Below, piece after piece: positions 1 through 8,585 of a stretch of DNA of 57,566 nt. The notes under the pieces were generated by a model that ran no database searches, was not told the origin of the DNA, and saw only the letters and a list, made by a program, of their open reading frames with translations. How positions within the stretch are numbered: the first letter of the stretch is position 1; every line of letters begins with the position of its first letter. A program made the translations under genes and the position numbers. Origin of the DNA: Patescibacteria group bacterium (GTDB taxonomy: Bacteria; Patescibacteriota; Patescibacteriia; Magasanikbacterales; UBA922); contig JBAZIZ010000004.1 of assembly GCA_041651535.1 (NCBI GenBank), positions 90,341 through 147,906 on the forward strand, given 5' to 3'.

Positions 1-170
1 CACAGCAATTTTTTTCAAAATCACTACTGGTAAAGTTTCTCCATCTTTTAGAACAGCCACATGGAGTTGTTCTGGCGAAATTGGCAAGAACAAATACTCA
101 GGTTTGGCAAATTCTTTTGGAACATGTGCGAAATCTCCATTGGGCAGAGGGATCCTTTTGTGTTTTTTCA
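1..170 (-). CDS. hypothetical protein, N-terminal fragment running off the window
   Basis: Minus-strand ATG at 168-170 preceded by an AAGGGGGAAGGG purine run. Reads MKKHKRIPLPNGDFAHVPKEFAKPEYLF... and stays open to position 1. Too short for the ORF track. Confidence 0.35.
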
Positions 171-185
171 TTTTCCCTTCCCCCT

Positions 186-524
186 TTAAAATGTGTTCCA
201 GTTATAACTAACTGAAATTTTTTTCTCAATATTTTGAGTAAAAATCTCAACTCCCTGGATAGAACGAATTTTTTTCAGAATGTCTTCATTTTTTTCATCC
301 TTGCGGATTTCGAAAAATGAAACCAAATAAGGGTTGTCCCTTATTTTTTTAATTTCGTCAACTTCTTCTCCTTCTAAAAAAGCTTCCCACTGTTTTTTAG
401 TGGGATAACAGAGAAAGGAACGGAGATGTTCTGGGATTTTTTCCATCTCCGCAAAAAAATTTGCGGATTTCCGTAATGCGTCCTCAGACAGAGGAAGGAT
501 TACGATCAGATTAACTTTTTTCAT
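186..524 (-). CDS. hypothetical protein (112 aa)
   Basis: Track ORF. Strong SD (AAAGGAGGAAAAAAATG on minus strand). No motif I recognise. Confidence 0.5.
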   Translation of the reverse strand: MKKVNLIVILPLSEDALRKSANFFAEMEKIPEHLRSFLCYPTKKQWEAFLEGEEVDEIKKIRDNPYLVSFFEIRKDEKNEDILKKIRSIQGVEIFTQNIEKKISVSYNWNTF

Positions 525-636
525 TTTTTTCCTCCTTTAAATTATAAAGAACATCTAAAAAATAATTTATTTTGTGTTTTTTGTCAAGTCAATTAAAAAT
601 AAATAATACAAATTTTTATTTTTTGTATTCTTCTGC

Positions 637-642
637 TATAAT
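637..642 (+). promoter_or_regulatory. extended -10 element (TGcTATAAT) upstream of rpiB
   Basis: tctgcTATAAT at 633-642, about 24 nt before the rpiB ATG. Confidence 0.4.
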
Positions 643-665
643 AAAAATATAAATTAATAACTTAT

Positions 666-1121
666 ATGCAAAATAAAAAAATCTATATTGCTTCTGACCA
701 TGCTGGCTACCGACTAAAAAAAAGATTGATTCGTTTCATCACCAATGAACTTAAATTAGAATTAGTTGATCTAGGACCAGAAAAATATAACAAAGATGAT
801 GATTATCCTGATTATGCTGTAAAAGTTTGTCAAAAAATATTAAAAGAAAAAACTCGTGGAATTTTAATTTGTGGAACTGGAATTGGGATGTGTATTACTG
901 CTAATAAAATAAAAGGAATCCGAGCTGCACTTGTCACAAATATAAAAATGGCTGAAGCTGCAGCAAAACACAATAATGCCAATTGTCTGTGTCTTGGTGG
1001 AAAAATTTTATCAGAAGATTTTGCAATGGCAATTATCAAAACATGGTTAAAAACTGAATACAAAAAAGAAACTCGTCATGAACGACGATTAAAAAAAATA
1101 GAAGCACAAGAAAAAAAATAG
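666..1121 (+). CDS. rpiB: ribose-5-phosphate isomerase B (RpiB/LacA/LacB family)
   Basis: IYIASDHAGYRLK...ILICGTGIGMCITANK...RAALV motifs typical of RpiB. About 150 aa. Confidence 0.9.
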   Translation: MQNKKIYIASDHAGYRLKKRLIRFITNELKLELVDLGPEKYNKDDDYPDYAVKVCQKILKEKTRGILICGTGIGMCITANKIKGIRAALVTNIKMAEAAAKHNNANCLCLGGKILSEDFAMAIIKTWLKTEYKKETRHERRLKKIEAQEKK

Positions 1122-1131
1122 GTATAAACAC

Positions 1132-2049
1132 CTATTTTTTTATTTTTGCTTTTTTAACTGCATATTTGATTATTTCTCCAGCTATATCTCTACCACTAGC
1201 TTTGGTTATTCCTTCTAAACCTGGGTTAGAATTTACTTCCAAAACTTTTGGTCCAGAACTAGTCCGTAAAATATCTACTCCTGCAATATCTAATTCACAA
1301 GCTTTTATAGCTGCAAAAGCGACATCTTTTTCTTTTCTTGACATTTCAATCACTCTTACTCTACCACCAAGTTGAAAATTTGATCTAAACTCTCCTTTTT
1401 TTACAGCTATTCTTTCCATCGCAGCAACTATTCTTTTGCCAACGATAAAAACTCTGATATCTTTTCCGGTAGATTCTTTTACATATTCTTGTACAGTAAG
1501 TGGAGCGCTGCCTTCACCATTTACCATCATATCAATAAGAGAAGATAAACCTCTTTTCTTTTCAACAATAGAAACACCCATACCATGTGAACCTGACATA
1601 GTTTTAATAATTACTGGATAATTTCCAATATCTTTGACAATTTCATCTATATATTCTGGAGTTCGTAAAATATAAGTTTTTGGAATTGGAATTTTATTTT
1701 TACTTAAAATTTGTAAAGTTTGTAATTTATTTTTTGATTTGATAACTGCTGATTTTTTATTTACTACAGTTATTCCAGCTAATTCAAATTGTTTTATCAA
1801 ACTAGCATGAAAATCAAGGGACTCTGTTAAAAAATTAGCTCTAACTAAAAGCACTTCAATTTTTGGTTTTTTATTTTTTACCAAAACTTCTGGTTTTTTT
1901 TCACTAAATTTCATTTGGACATCTCGAGCAAAAATTGGTTCCAATTCATGACCCAATTTTTTGGCTGCAATTGATAAAAGTTCTAAATCAGTTTTAACTG
2001 TTTTACTCAAATGATTTGGATTTGAATAAGTTAACACATGTATTTTCAT
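1132..2049 (-). CDS. rimK: RimK-family ATP-grasp alpha-L-glutamate ligase
   Basis: 305 aa ATP-grasp. PVIIKTMSGSHGMGV, DIRVFIVG, AGVDILRTSSGPKVLEVNSNPGLEGI resemble RimK/LysX ligases. Confidence 0.8.
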   Translation of the reverse strand: MKIHVLTYSNPNHLSKTVKTDLELLSIAAKKLGHELEPIFARDVQMKFSEKKPEVLVKNKKPKIEVLLVRANFLTESLDFHASLIKQFELAGITVVNKKSAVIKSKNKLQTLQILSKNKIPIPKTYILRTPEYIDEIVKDIGNYPVIIKTMSGSHGMGVSIVEKKRGLSSLIDMMVNGEGSAPLTVQEYVKESTGKDIRVFIVGKRIVAAMERIAVKKGEFRSNFQLGGRVRVIEMSRKEKDVAFAAIKACELDIAGVDILRTSSGPKVLEVNSNPGLEGITKASGRDIAGEIIKYAVKKAKIKK

Positions 2050-2050
2050 A

Positions 2051-2794
2051 TTAAAAAAATGTTTTTTTAAGCGAACGAGAAATTAATTTACTTGTTTTTA
2101 AGATATTTTCTTTTTTTCTAAAAAATTGATTGATTTCAAATTGCATTGCATAATCTTTGCGGTCGCCATGTCTATGAAATTGAATAGCTGAAGTTTTGCT
2201 CCAACCAGAATGGACTTCACCAATAGTAATTTTATATTCCATTACTTTTTTAGGAAAATTTTTAAAAAGTGAGTCGGCTAAATTTAATTTTAATTTTTTA
2301 ATTAAAGAAATTTTTAATGTTATTATTCCTGTATTAAATAAAAATTTACAAGCTTTAGAACCAAAAATATTATTTGAACAAAAATGTTTTTTTGCTCCAA
2401 CCCCAATATCAACCCCAATTTCATCAGATTTAAATCCATGCAAATAAACTACAACTGCTTTTTTAAAAGGACTAAAGTCTTTGGCTTTTTTAGCATACAA
2501 ATCTACATCTTTGAAAAATTTTTTCATTTCTGGTTTTTTTCTCTTCCAAAAATATTTTTGACTTTTACTGCCCCAACGTAAATTATTAAAATCTTCTATA
2601 AAATATGTATCTTTAATTCTTCTGTTTTCTGGTTTTTTAAATTTTTTGTTAACTACCAAAAAAGCTTTTAATTCATCAGCAACTTTTCTGGCCAAAAGAC
2701 CTGTTTTTAAATCATCACCAGCAGCATGCGGTGCTACTACGACAAAAAAAGACAAACCTTCTTGTTTTATTCCGTAATCGGTCTTCTCAACCAT
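2051..2794 (-). CDS. hypothetical protein, possible PghP(DUF867)/N-formylglutamate-amidohydrolase-like zinc hydrolase
   Basis: VVVAPHAAGDDLKTGLLARKVA and VVVYLHGFK resemble, from memory, the HGGxIExGT...A and xxHG motifs of poly-gamma-glutamate hydrolase-like proteins. The stop is 1 nt from the rimK start. Confidence 0.4.
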   Translation of the reverse strand: MVEKTDYGIKQEGLSFFVVVAPHAAGDDLKTGLLARKVADELKAFLVVNKKFKKPENRRIKDTYFIEDFNNLRWGSKSQKYFWKRKKPEMKKFFKDVDLYAKKAKDFSPFKKAVVVYLHGFKSDEIGVDIGVGAKKHFCSNNIFGSKACKFLFNTGIITLKISLIKKLKLNLADSLFKNFPKKVMEYKITIGEVHSGWSKTSAIQFHRHGDRKDYAMQFEINQFFRKKENILKTSKLISRSLKKTFF

Positions 2795-2870
2795 ATTTTA
2801 TATAAAAAAATAATGGGAAAATTATAACACAAAATAAATAAAAAATCAAGTCTAACTATATAAAATTTAA

Positions 2871-3839
2871 CTAAACAGATTCTGGATTTACTTTATTATT
2901 CTTTTTTATCATTTCTTCCATAGCGTTCCAAGTCAAAAGTCCTTTTTGCGCTCCATATTCTCCAATCACTCCACCAGCATTGGCTGTTCCATATTTCAAA
3001 GCTTCTTTAATTGTTTTATTTTTCATATAAGCTACTAAAAAAGCACTAGCAAAAGCATCGCCAGCTCCAGTTTTAGCTTTAGCTTTTATATTAAAAATAC
3101 TCATATGATACATTGCTTGACCATCAGAAACATAAGAACCATTTTCTCCATCAGTAATTACTACTATTTTAATTCCCATTTGACGCAAACTGTTGAAAAT
3201 TGATTTTAAATTTCCTTTTTTTCCACTTATTCTTTCTGCCTCTTCTTTATTCAAAAAAACAATTTGCGCTAAAGGAAAAATCTTTTTAATCTCTTCCAAA
3301 CCATATTTTATTTGATAAGAACCCGGATTAACAGCTAATTTTATTTCTGGATTTTTTTTGAGATGAGCTATTAGTTTTTTTTGTGTATTTCCAAAATTTT
3401 GACCCAAAGAAGTATAATAAATCCATTTAGTGTCTGGTATTTTTTTTAAATCATATTTTCTTTTGACATGATAAGAAAATATTGTACGTTCCCCTTGATA
3501 ATTTAAAACTACTGAATAACGTGTTTCTCCACCTTTAATCAATTTTAAATAATCAGTATTTACTTTTTTTCGTTCTAATTCATTTTTTATAACCAAACCA
3601 TTTAGATCATCACCTAATTCAGTAATAATCGCTGATTTCAAGCCAATTTTTGCAAAAGAAACTGCGGAATTACAAGCATTACCACCGATTGATTGTGTAG
3701 TAAAATTGATTGGAATTTTATCCGCAAAATTAAAACAAATTTTACAGTTTTCTTTTTTTAAATCACAACTTAAACTAGCATCATCAATAACTAGAAAAGT
3801 ATCTATAGTTGAATCGCCAATACTTAAAATATCAAACAT
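2871..3839 (-). CDS. PfkB-family carbohydrate/nucleoside kinase (ribokinase-like)
   Basis: GGNACNSAVSFAKIG near the N-terminus and the TGAGDAFASAFL anion-hole motif near the C-terminus. Confidence 0.85.
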   Translation of the reverse strand: MFDILSIGDSTIDTFLVIDDASLSCDLKKENCKICFNFADKIPINFTTQSIGGNACNSAVSFAKIGLKSAIITELGDDLNGLVIKNELERKKVNTDYLKLIKGGETRYSVVLNYQGERTIFSYHVKRKYDLKKIPDTKWIYYTSLGQNFGNTQKKLIAHLKKNPEIKLAVNPGSYQIKYGLEEIKKIFPLAQIVFLNKEEAERISGKKGNLKSIFNSLRQMGIKIVVITDGENGSYVSDGQAMYHMSIFNIKAKAKTGAGDAFASAFLVAYMKNKTIKEALKYGTANAGGVIGEYGAQKGLLTWNAMEEMIKKNNKVNPESV

Positions 3840-3840
3840 A

Positions 3841-4116
3841 TTATTTTTCTCTGATTAAAGTTTTTAAATTATATTTTTTATTTTGTTTATGAAGTCCAAA
3901 CATTATTTCTAAAAATTCAACTAAACTACACAAAGTAAAAATTCCAGAAGCAATAATAAAGACTAAATTTTCTATTGATAAAGCATAAAAAAATAAACAT
4001 AAAAACCCAATCATAAAAACAATATCTTGTTTTTTTTCAGTTTCTAGAAAAATCCCATACGAAATAAGAACTATACCAATAAAGGCAAAAATCTTAATAA
4101 GCGTTAAATAAATCAT
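3841..4116 (-). CDS. small integral membrane protein (about 3 TM)
   Basis: Hydrophobic 91-aa ORF abutting the kinase start (2-nt gap). Confidence 0.5.
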   Translation of the reverse strand: MIYLTLIKIFAFIGIVLISYGIFLETEKKQDIVFMIGFLCLFFYALSIENLVFIIASGIFTLCSLVEFLEIMFGLHKQNKKYNLKTLIREK

Positions 4117-4181
4117 ATTTAAAAAATTAATAAATTAAACTTTTTTATATTATAAAACATTTTTATAATTTTTGCACTTTA

Positions 4182-4520
4182 TTATTCAAAATCCAAACGA
4201 AATTCTTTACCATATTCTTTAAAACCTTGTTTTAAATACCAATCGTGTATTTTTTCTCTTTCTAAACGACTAGTGGCGATTAATTTGTAACAATCATTTT
4301 TTTTCGCTTCCGCAATAACATCAATCAAAAGCTTGGTACCCAAACCACTACCCCGATATTTTTCTTCAATAAAAACATCTTCCAATAATCCGTATGGTTT
4401 TTTATGTAAATCATTATAAATAATATATAAATAAGCATGACCAATTTCATTCTCATTTTCGCTAAAAGACAATCTCACAGCAAAAAAATCTCTTTTTATA
4501 TCTTTATTTAATTTTATCAT
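4182..4520 (-). CDS. minimal GNAT-family N-acetyltransferase
   Basis: EEKYRGSGLGTKLL (acetyl-CoA binding Q/RxxGxG/A motif). 4-nt ATGA overlap with the upstream yvcK-like gene. Confidence 0.75.
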   Translation of the reverse strand: MIKLNKDIKRDFFAVRLSFSENENEIGHAYLYIIYNDLHKKPYGLLEDVFIEEKYRGSGLGTKLLIDVIAEAKKNDCYKLIATSRLEREKIHDWYLKQGFKEYGKEFRLDFE

Positions 4521-5461
4521 AAAATTTTTTTTAATTTTTTACCTAATTTTATCGGACATAGACCACCTTGGGCTTTCTCAAAATCACACGCCATAATTTT
4601 TCGAGAAATTTTTTCTGGATCAAATACCAAAGTCTGCCAATCTTTTGTTTGATAAAATTTTGTTTGTTTACTAGTAAATTTATGAACATTATTTAAAATT
4701 AAATCAAAAGTCCGAGGTAAATATTTTTCTAAAGTTAAGACAACTTCACTAAAAATTTTTGGACCTGTTTCTCCTTTTTTTTCATAAGCATTGCCACAAA
4801 TATAAATTAACTTAGCTTTTGATTTTTTTATAGAATCAAAAATTCCTTGTGGTAAAAGAGCTGGAATTAAACTGGTATACAAACTACCAGGACCAATTAT
4901 TAAATAATCAGCTTTTTCTATTTCTTTTAATAAAGGTTTGTAAGCAGAAACTTCTGGTATAAGACCAACATTTTTAATCTGTAATTTTCTATCATAATTT
5001 GGTCTATCAATAGCACTTTCAGAAAAAATTTTTTGTCCATTTTCTAAAATCGCAAATAAATTAGTTTTTTCTAAAGTACTTGGCAATATTTTTCCTAAAA
5101 CACCAACACTTTGTGAAAAAGCTTCCAAAGTTTTTATAAAATCTCCATTATATTTTGTAGATAAAACTAAAAACAAATTTCCTAAATTATGACCACTTAA
5201 TTTTCCACAATTTTCAAATCTAACTGAATAAAAAATATCTTTTAAAATTTTATAATCATATTTTGATAAAGATAAAACAGCTCGCATAATATCGCCCGGA
5301 GGCAACAAATCAAATTCTTCACGTAATTTACCACTACTACCACCACTATCACACATCGAAATAGCTCCAACTATATCAAAAAATTTTTGGTTTTGTTTCA
5401 AAGCTGATAAAGTAATTGCACTACCATTACCTCCACCAAAAACAATAATTTTCTTTTTCAT
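4517..5461 (-). CDS. YvcK/CofD-family protein (UPF0052, gluconeogenesis factor-like)
   Basis: IIVFGGGNGSA...CDSGGSSGKLREE...PPGDIMRA are hallmark YvcK motifs. Confidence 0.85.
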   Translation of the reverse strand: MKKKIIVFGGGNGSAITLSALKQNQKFFDIVGAISMCDSGGSSGKLREEFDLLPPGDIMRAVLSLSKYDYKILKDIFYSVRFENCGKLSGHNLGNLFLVLSTKYNGDFIKTLEAFSQSVGVLGKILPSTLEKTNLFAILENGQKIFSESAIDRPNYDRKLQIKNVGLIPEVSAYKPLLKEIEKADYLIIGPGSLYTSLIPALLPQGIFDSIKKSKAKLIYICGNAYEKKGETGPKIFSEVVLTLEKYLPRTFDLILNNVHKFTSKQTKFYQTKDWQTLVFDPEKISRKIMACDFEKAQGGLCPIKLGKKLKKIL

Positions 5462-5466
5462 AAATT

Positions 5467-7290
5467 TTATTCCACGGTTACACTTTTTGCTAAATTTCTT
5501 GGTCTATCTACATCTCTTCCTAATGAAACAGCTATATAATAAGCAAATAATTGTAAAGGCAAAGCATTTAAAAGTGGTTCCAAAAGTTCCATAGTTTCAG
5601 GAACAAAAATAATATTATCACTTAAATCTTTTACATTTTCATCACCTTCATTGGCAATCAAAATCATTTTACTATGTCTAGCTTTTACTTCTTCTAAATT
5701 AGCTCGCATCTTGTCGTAAAGTTGATTTTTTGTGATTAAAGCTAGAACAGGAAAATTTTCTGACAAAAGAGAAATTGGGCCATGTTTCATTTCCCCACCT
5801 GGATAAGCTTCGCTATGAATATAAGAAACTTCTTTTAATTTTAAAGATCCTTCTAGAGCCACTGGATAATTTATACCACGTCCAAGAAAATAAAAATCTT
5901 TACTTTCTTTAAATTTTTCTGCAATTTGTTTTATTTTTTCAGCTTGTTTTAAAATTTTTTCCATTTTTTCAGGAATTTCTAATAAAGCCTTTATCAAACG
6001 TTGTCCAGTAGCTAAAGATAATCTTTTTAATCTACCAAATTGAATTGCATATAAAACCAAAACTGCTACCATATTTGTAAAAGCTTTAGTAGAAGCTACT
6101 GCCAATTCTGGTCCAGCATGAATATAAGTTCCACCTTGAGTTTCTCTGGCAATAGTAGAACCAACAACATTTACTATACCTCGCACAAACGCTCCACGTC
6201 TTTTAGCTTCTTTAACAGCAGCTAAAGTATCGGCGGTTTCACCTGATTGGGAAATTGCAAAAACTAAAGTATGATTATCAATAATTGTATCTCGATAACG
6301 AAATTCTGAAGCAACATCAACTTCAGTCGGGATTCCAGTCAATCTTTCAAAAACATATTTTCCAACTTGGGCAGCGTAAGATGCTGTTCCACAAGCTATT
6401 AAAAAAATTTTATTAATGCTTTGCATTTCTTCAGCTGTCATATTTAAACCACCTAACAGAGCTGTGCCTTCTTCTAAATGTACTCGTCCACGAATAGCAT
6501 CTTCAAAAACAGTCGGCTGATCAAAAATTTCTTTAAGCATAAAATGTTCAAAACCTTGTTTCTGGGCTTGTTCATCATTCCATTCAATTTCTTCAATATT
6601 TTTTATTATTATTTCATCTTTTAAATTATAAGTTTGCAAATTATTTTTAGTTATTTCTCCGATTTCACCGTCATTTAAAAAAATTACTTTTTTAGTATAA
6701 GCTAACATTGGACTGGCATCACTCGCTACATAATATTCATTTTCTCCAATGCCAATAACCAAAGGACTTCCTAATCTGGCCACAATGATTTTTTCTGGTT
6801 CAGTTGGGGATAAAACTGCAATACCATAAGTTCCTCGAACATATTTCAAAGCTTTGGCTACAGCTAAACGTAAATCATCAGTATAAAAAGAACTAATCAG
6901 ATTTGCCAAAACTTCTGAATCTGTTTCAGAATTATATTTATATTTTGAACCTAATTTTTCTTTTATCTCCCGATAATTTTCAATTATTCCATTATGAACT
7001 AATATAACTTTGCCATCACTTGAAATATGAGGATGGGTATTATTTTCAGTTACACCACCATGAGTTGCCCAACGAGTATGAGCAATACCAATTTTTCCAG
7101 TTAAATTTTGATCTTTTATTTTTTCAGCTAAATTATCTATTTTTCCGATCGATTTAACTTGTTTAATTTTTTCTTTATCCAAAATTGCAATCCCCGCGCT
7201 ATCATAACCTCGATATTCTAAACGACGCAAACCTTGTAATAAAATTGGCAAAGCTTCTTTGTCTCCAATATAAGCAATTATTCCACACAT
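5467..7290 (-). CDS. glmS: glutamine--fructose-6-phosphate aminotransferase
   Basis: MCGIIAY N-terminal nucleophile, two SIS domains, C-terminal KSVTVE. Start moved to the MCG Met (7288-7290) because Cys must follow the initiator Met. Confidence 0.95.
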   Translation of the reverse strand: MCGIIAYIGDKEALPILLQGLRRLEYRGYDSAGIAILDKEKIKQVKSIGKIDNLAEKIKDQNLTGKIGIAHTRWATHGGVTENNTHPHISSDGKVILVHNGIIENYREIKEKLGSKYKYNSETDSEVLANLISSFYTDDLRLAVAKALKYVRGTYGIAVLSPTEPEKIIVARLGSPLVIGIGENEYYVASDASPMLAYTKKVIFLNDGEIGEITKNNLQTYNLKDEIIIKNIEEIEWNDEQAQKQGFEHFMLKEIFDQPTVFEDAIRGRVHLEEGTALLGGLNMTAEEMQSINKIFLIACGTASYAAQVGKYVFERLTGIPTEVDVASEFRYRDTIIDNHTLVFAISQSGETADTLAAVKEAKRRGAFVRGIVNVVGSTIARETQGGTYIHAGPELAVASTKAFTNMVAVLVLYAIQFGRLKRLSLATGQRLIKALLEIPEKMEKILKQAEKIKQIAEKFKESKDFYFLGRGINYPVALEGSLKLKEVSYIHSEAYPGGEMKHGPISLLSENFPVLALITKNQLYDKMRANLEEVKARHSKMILIANEGDENVKDLSDNIIFVPETMELLEPLLNALPLQLFAYYIAVSLGRDVDRPRNLAKSVTVE

Positions 7291-7294
7291 ACTT

Positions 7295-7795
7295 TTATAA
7301 TTTATTTTTATTAAATATTTCAAAACCCAAAGAAAAAGCTTTTTTATTTTCTAACCAATTTGCTTTTTTTTCTAATTTAGTTTTCAAAATTTTAAAAACT
7401 TGTTTTTTTGTTAAAATTTTATCTTTTGTTAATAAAGAAGTCAAAAATCCAAGCAAAAAAATATTTAAAGATGTTTTTTCAATATTTTCTTCTTGTAAAA
7501 TATGTAAAAATTTTTTACTATCAATTACTAAAGTTTCTTTTGCACGATAGACCTGTGTTCTTTCATCAGCTTGCTCAGATAAAATTAATAAAATATCAGC
7601 TACAGAAAATTTTGGATATTTTATTTCTTCATCCGATAATCTTACAAAAACCAAAGAAACACCTCCACGCTGTTCCAAACCAAAATTTGGAATTGCACTG
7701 ACAAAAAATTTTTTATCAGAAAAAATTGCTTCAGAAAAAATACTAGCTATTGTTTGTATTCCCTGTCCGCCATCACCAGCAAATAAAATATTCAT
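7295..7795 (-). CDS. 2-oxoacid:ferredoxin oxidoreductase, gamma subunit
   Basis: MNILFAGDGGQGIQT... is typical of POR/KOR gamma. Start placed at the second Met. Confidence 0.8.
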   Translation of the reverse strand: MNILFAGDGGQGIQTIASIFSEAIFSDKKFFVSAIPNFGLEQRGGVSLVFVRLSDEEIKYPKFSVADILLILSEQADERTQVYRAKETLVIDSKKFLHILQEENIEKTSLNIFLLGFLTSLLTKDKILTKKQVFKILKTKLEKKANWLENKKAFSLGFEIFNKNKL

Positions 7796-7890
7796 AATAA
7801 ATAAATTCAAAAGTAAAAAGGGAAAAGGAAAAATTTTTTATTTATTTCCACTTTCCTTTTTATTTTTTAATTTTCTGATTAATTTTTGAC

Positions 7891-7918
7891 TTTTTAATTT
7901 TGTATTTTGAATTTTATT
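7891..7918. repeat. A/T-rich motif copy 1 (TTTTTAATTTTGtATTTTGAATTTTATT)
   Basis: One mismatch to the core TTAATTTTGCATTTT. Abuts the stop of the OFOR beta gene. Confidence 0.6.
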
Positions 7919-8582
7919 CTATTTCTCCAATTGGAAAAGTTTTTTTCATATTTTCTAAATAGTCAATTGTTGCTTTACCTTTGGTTTTCCAATTTGTCGG
8001 ACAAAAAGATAAAATTTCTATTAAAGAAAAATTTCCTTTCAACTGATTTTTTATTGCTAAAGACAAAACTCTTTTTAAATCTTTAATATCATTACAAGAA
8101 GTTCGAGTTAAAAAAGCTTTTTTATTTAAAGAACGTAATAATTCTGGTCCCAAAAAACTTTCTCCTTCAAAACCTTGTGGTGAAGTATCAGTTTTTTGTC
8201 CTTTTAATGTAGTTGGAGCTGTTTGTCCACCAGTCATCGCATAAATAGAATTATTAACTACAATTACAGTTATTGCTTCATTTCTTTTTGCTGTCCAAAG
8301 TAAACTTTGAAGTCCTATTGCATAAGCTCCGCCATCTCCAGTATATGCTATTGAAATTGAATCAGGATTAGCTTTTTTATAACCAACCATTGTCGGAGCT
8401 ACGCGGCCATGATGAGTTTGAAATGTATTGATTGGTAAAAAATTCCAAGCCAAAAGAGAACAGCCAATATCTAAACCCAAAACTGCTTTGTCTTCTTTTT
8501 TTAAATCTTGCAAAGTTTTATATAAAGCTTGTAAAATCATTACTTGTCCACATCCAGGACAAAAATTACTTTTAAATTCCAT
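7914..8582 (-). CDS. 2-oxoacid:ferredoxin oxidoreductase, beta subunit (TPP-binding)
   Basis: FCPGCG...GDGGAYAIG...NNSIYAMTGGQ are TPP-binding motifs. Confidence 0.9.
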   Translation of the reverse strand: MEFKSNFCPGCGQVMILQALYKTLQDLKKEDKAVLGLDIGCSLLAWNFLPINTFQTHHGRVAPTMVGYKKANPDSISIAYTGDGGAYAIGLQSLLWTAKRNEAITVIVVNNSIYAMTGGQTAPTTLKGQKTDTSPQGFEGESFLGPELLRSLNKKAFLTRTSCNDIKDLKRVLSLAIKNQLKGNFSLIEILSFCPTNWKTKGKATIDYLENMKKTFPIGEIE

Positions 8583-8585
8583 AAA

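Noticed and set aside
830-2581. Short antisense ORFs in the track (830..1063, 1166..1375, 1436..1621, 2196..2447, 2384..2581).
   Set aside because: They are fully nested antisense to well-supported rpiB, rimK-like and the 247-aa gene. They show low-complexity F/I/L/S composition typical of shadow frames in AT-rich DNA. The same reasoning applies to the other nested antisense ORFs across the window: 7185..7550, 7408..7701, 14295..14597, 17248..17535, 17639..17842, 19486..20295, 21168..21389, 21870..22106, 22573..22779, 23580..23900, 27490..27678, 28261..28575, 28727..28972, 28957..29292, 30419..30637, 31167..31559, 31869..32370, 33106..33399, 34103..34684, 36073..36285, 39080..39274, 39655..39942, 41235..41429, 43446..43655, 45052..45270, 46304..46540, 46912..47163, 49010..49298, 54379..56602.
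7291-7323. N-terminal extension of glmS (MKYLIKINYKS...) given by the ORF track.
   Set aside because: GlmS requires Cys as the first residue after Met removal. MCGIIAY at 7290 is the functional start, and the extension would overlap the OFOR gamma stop.
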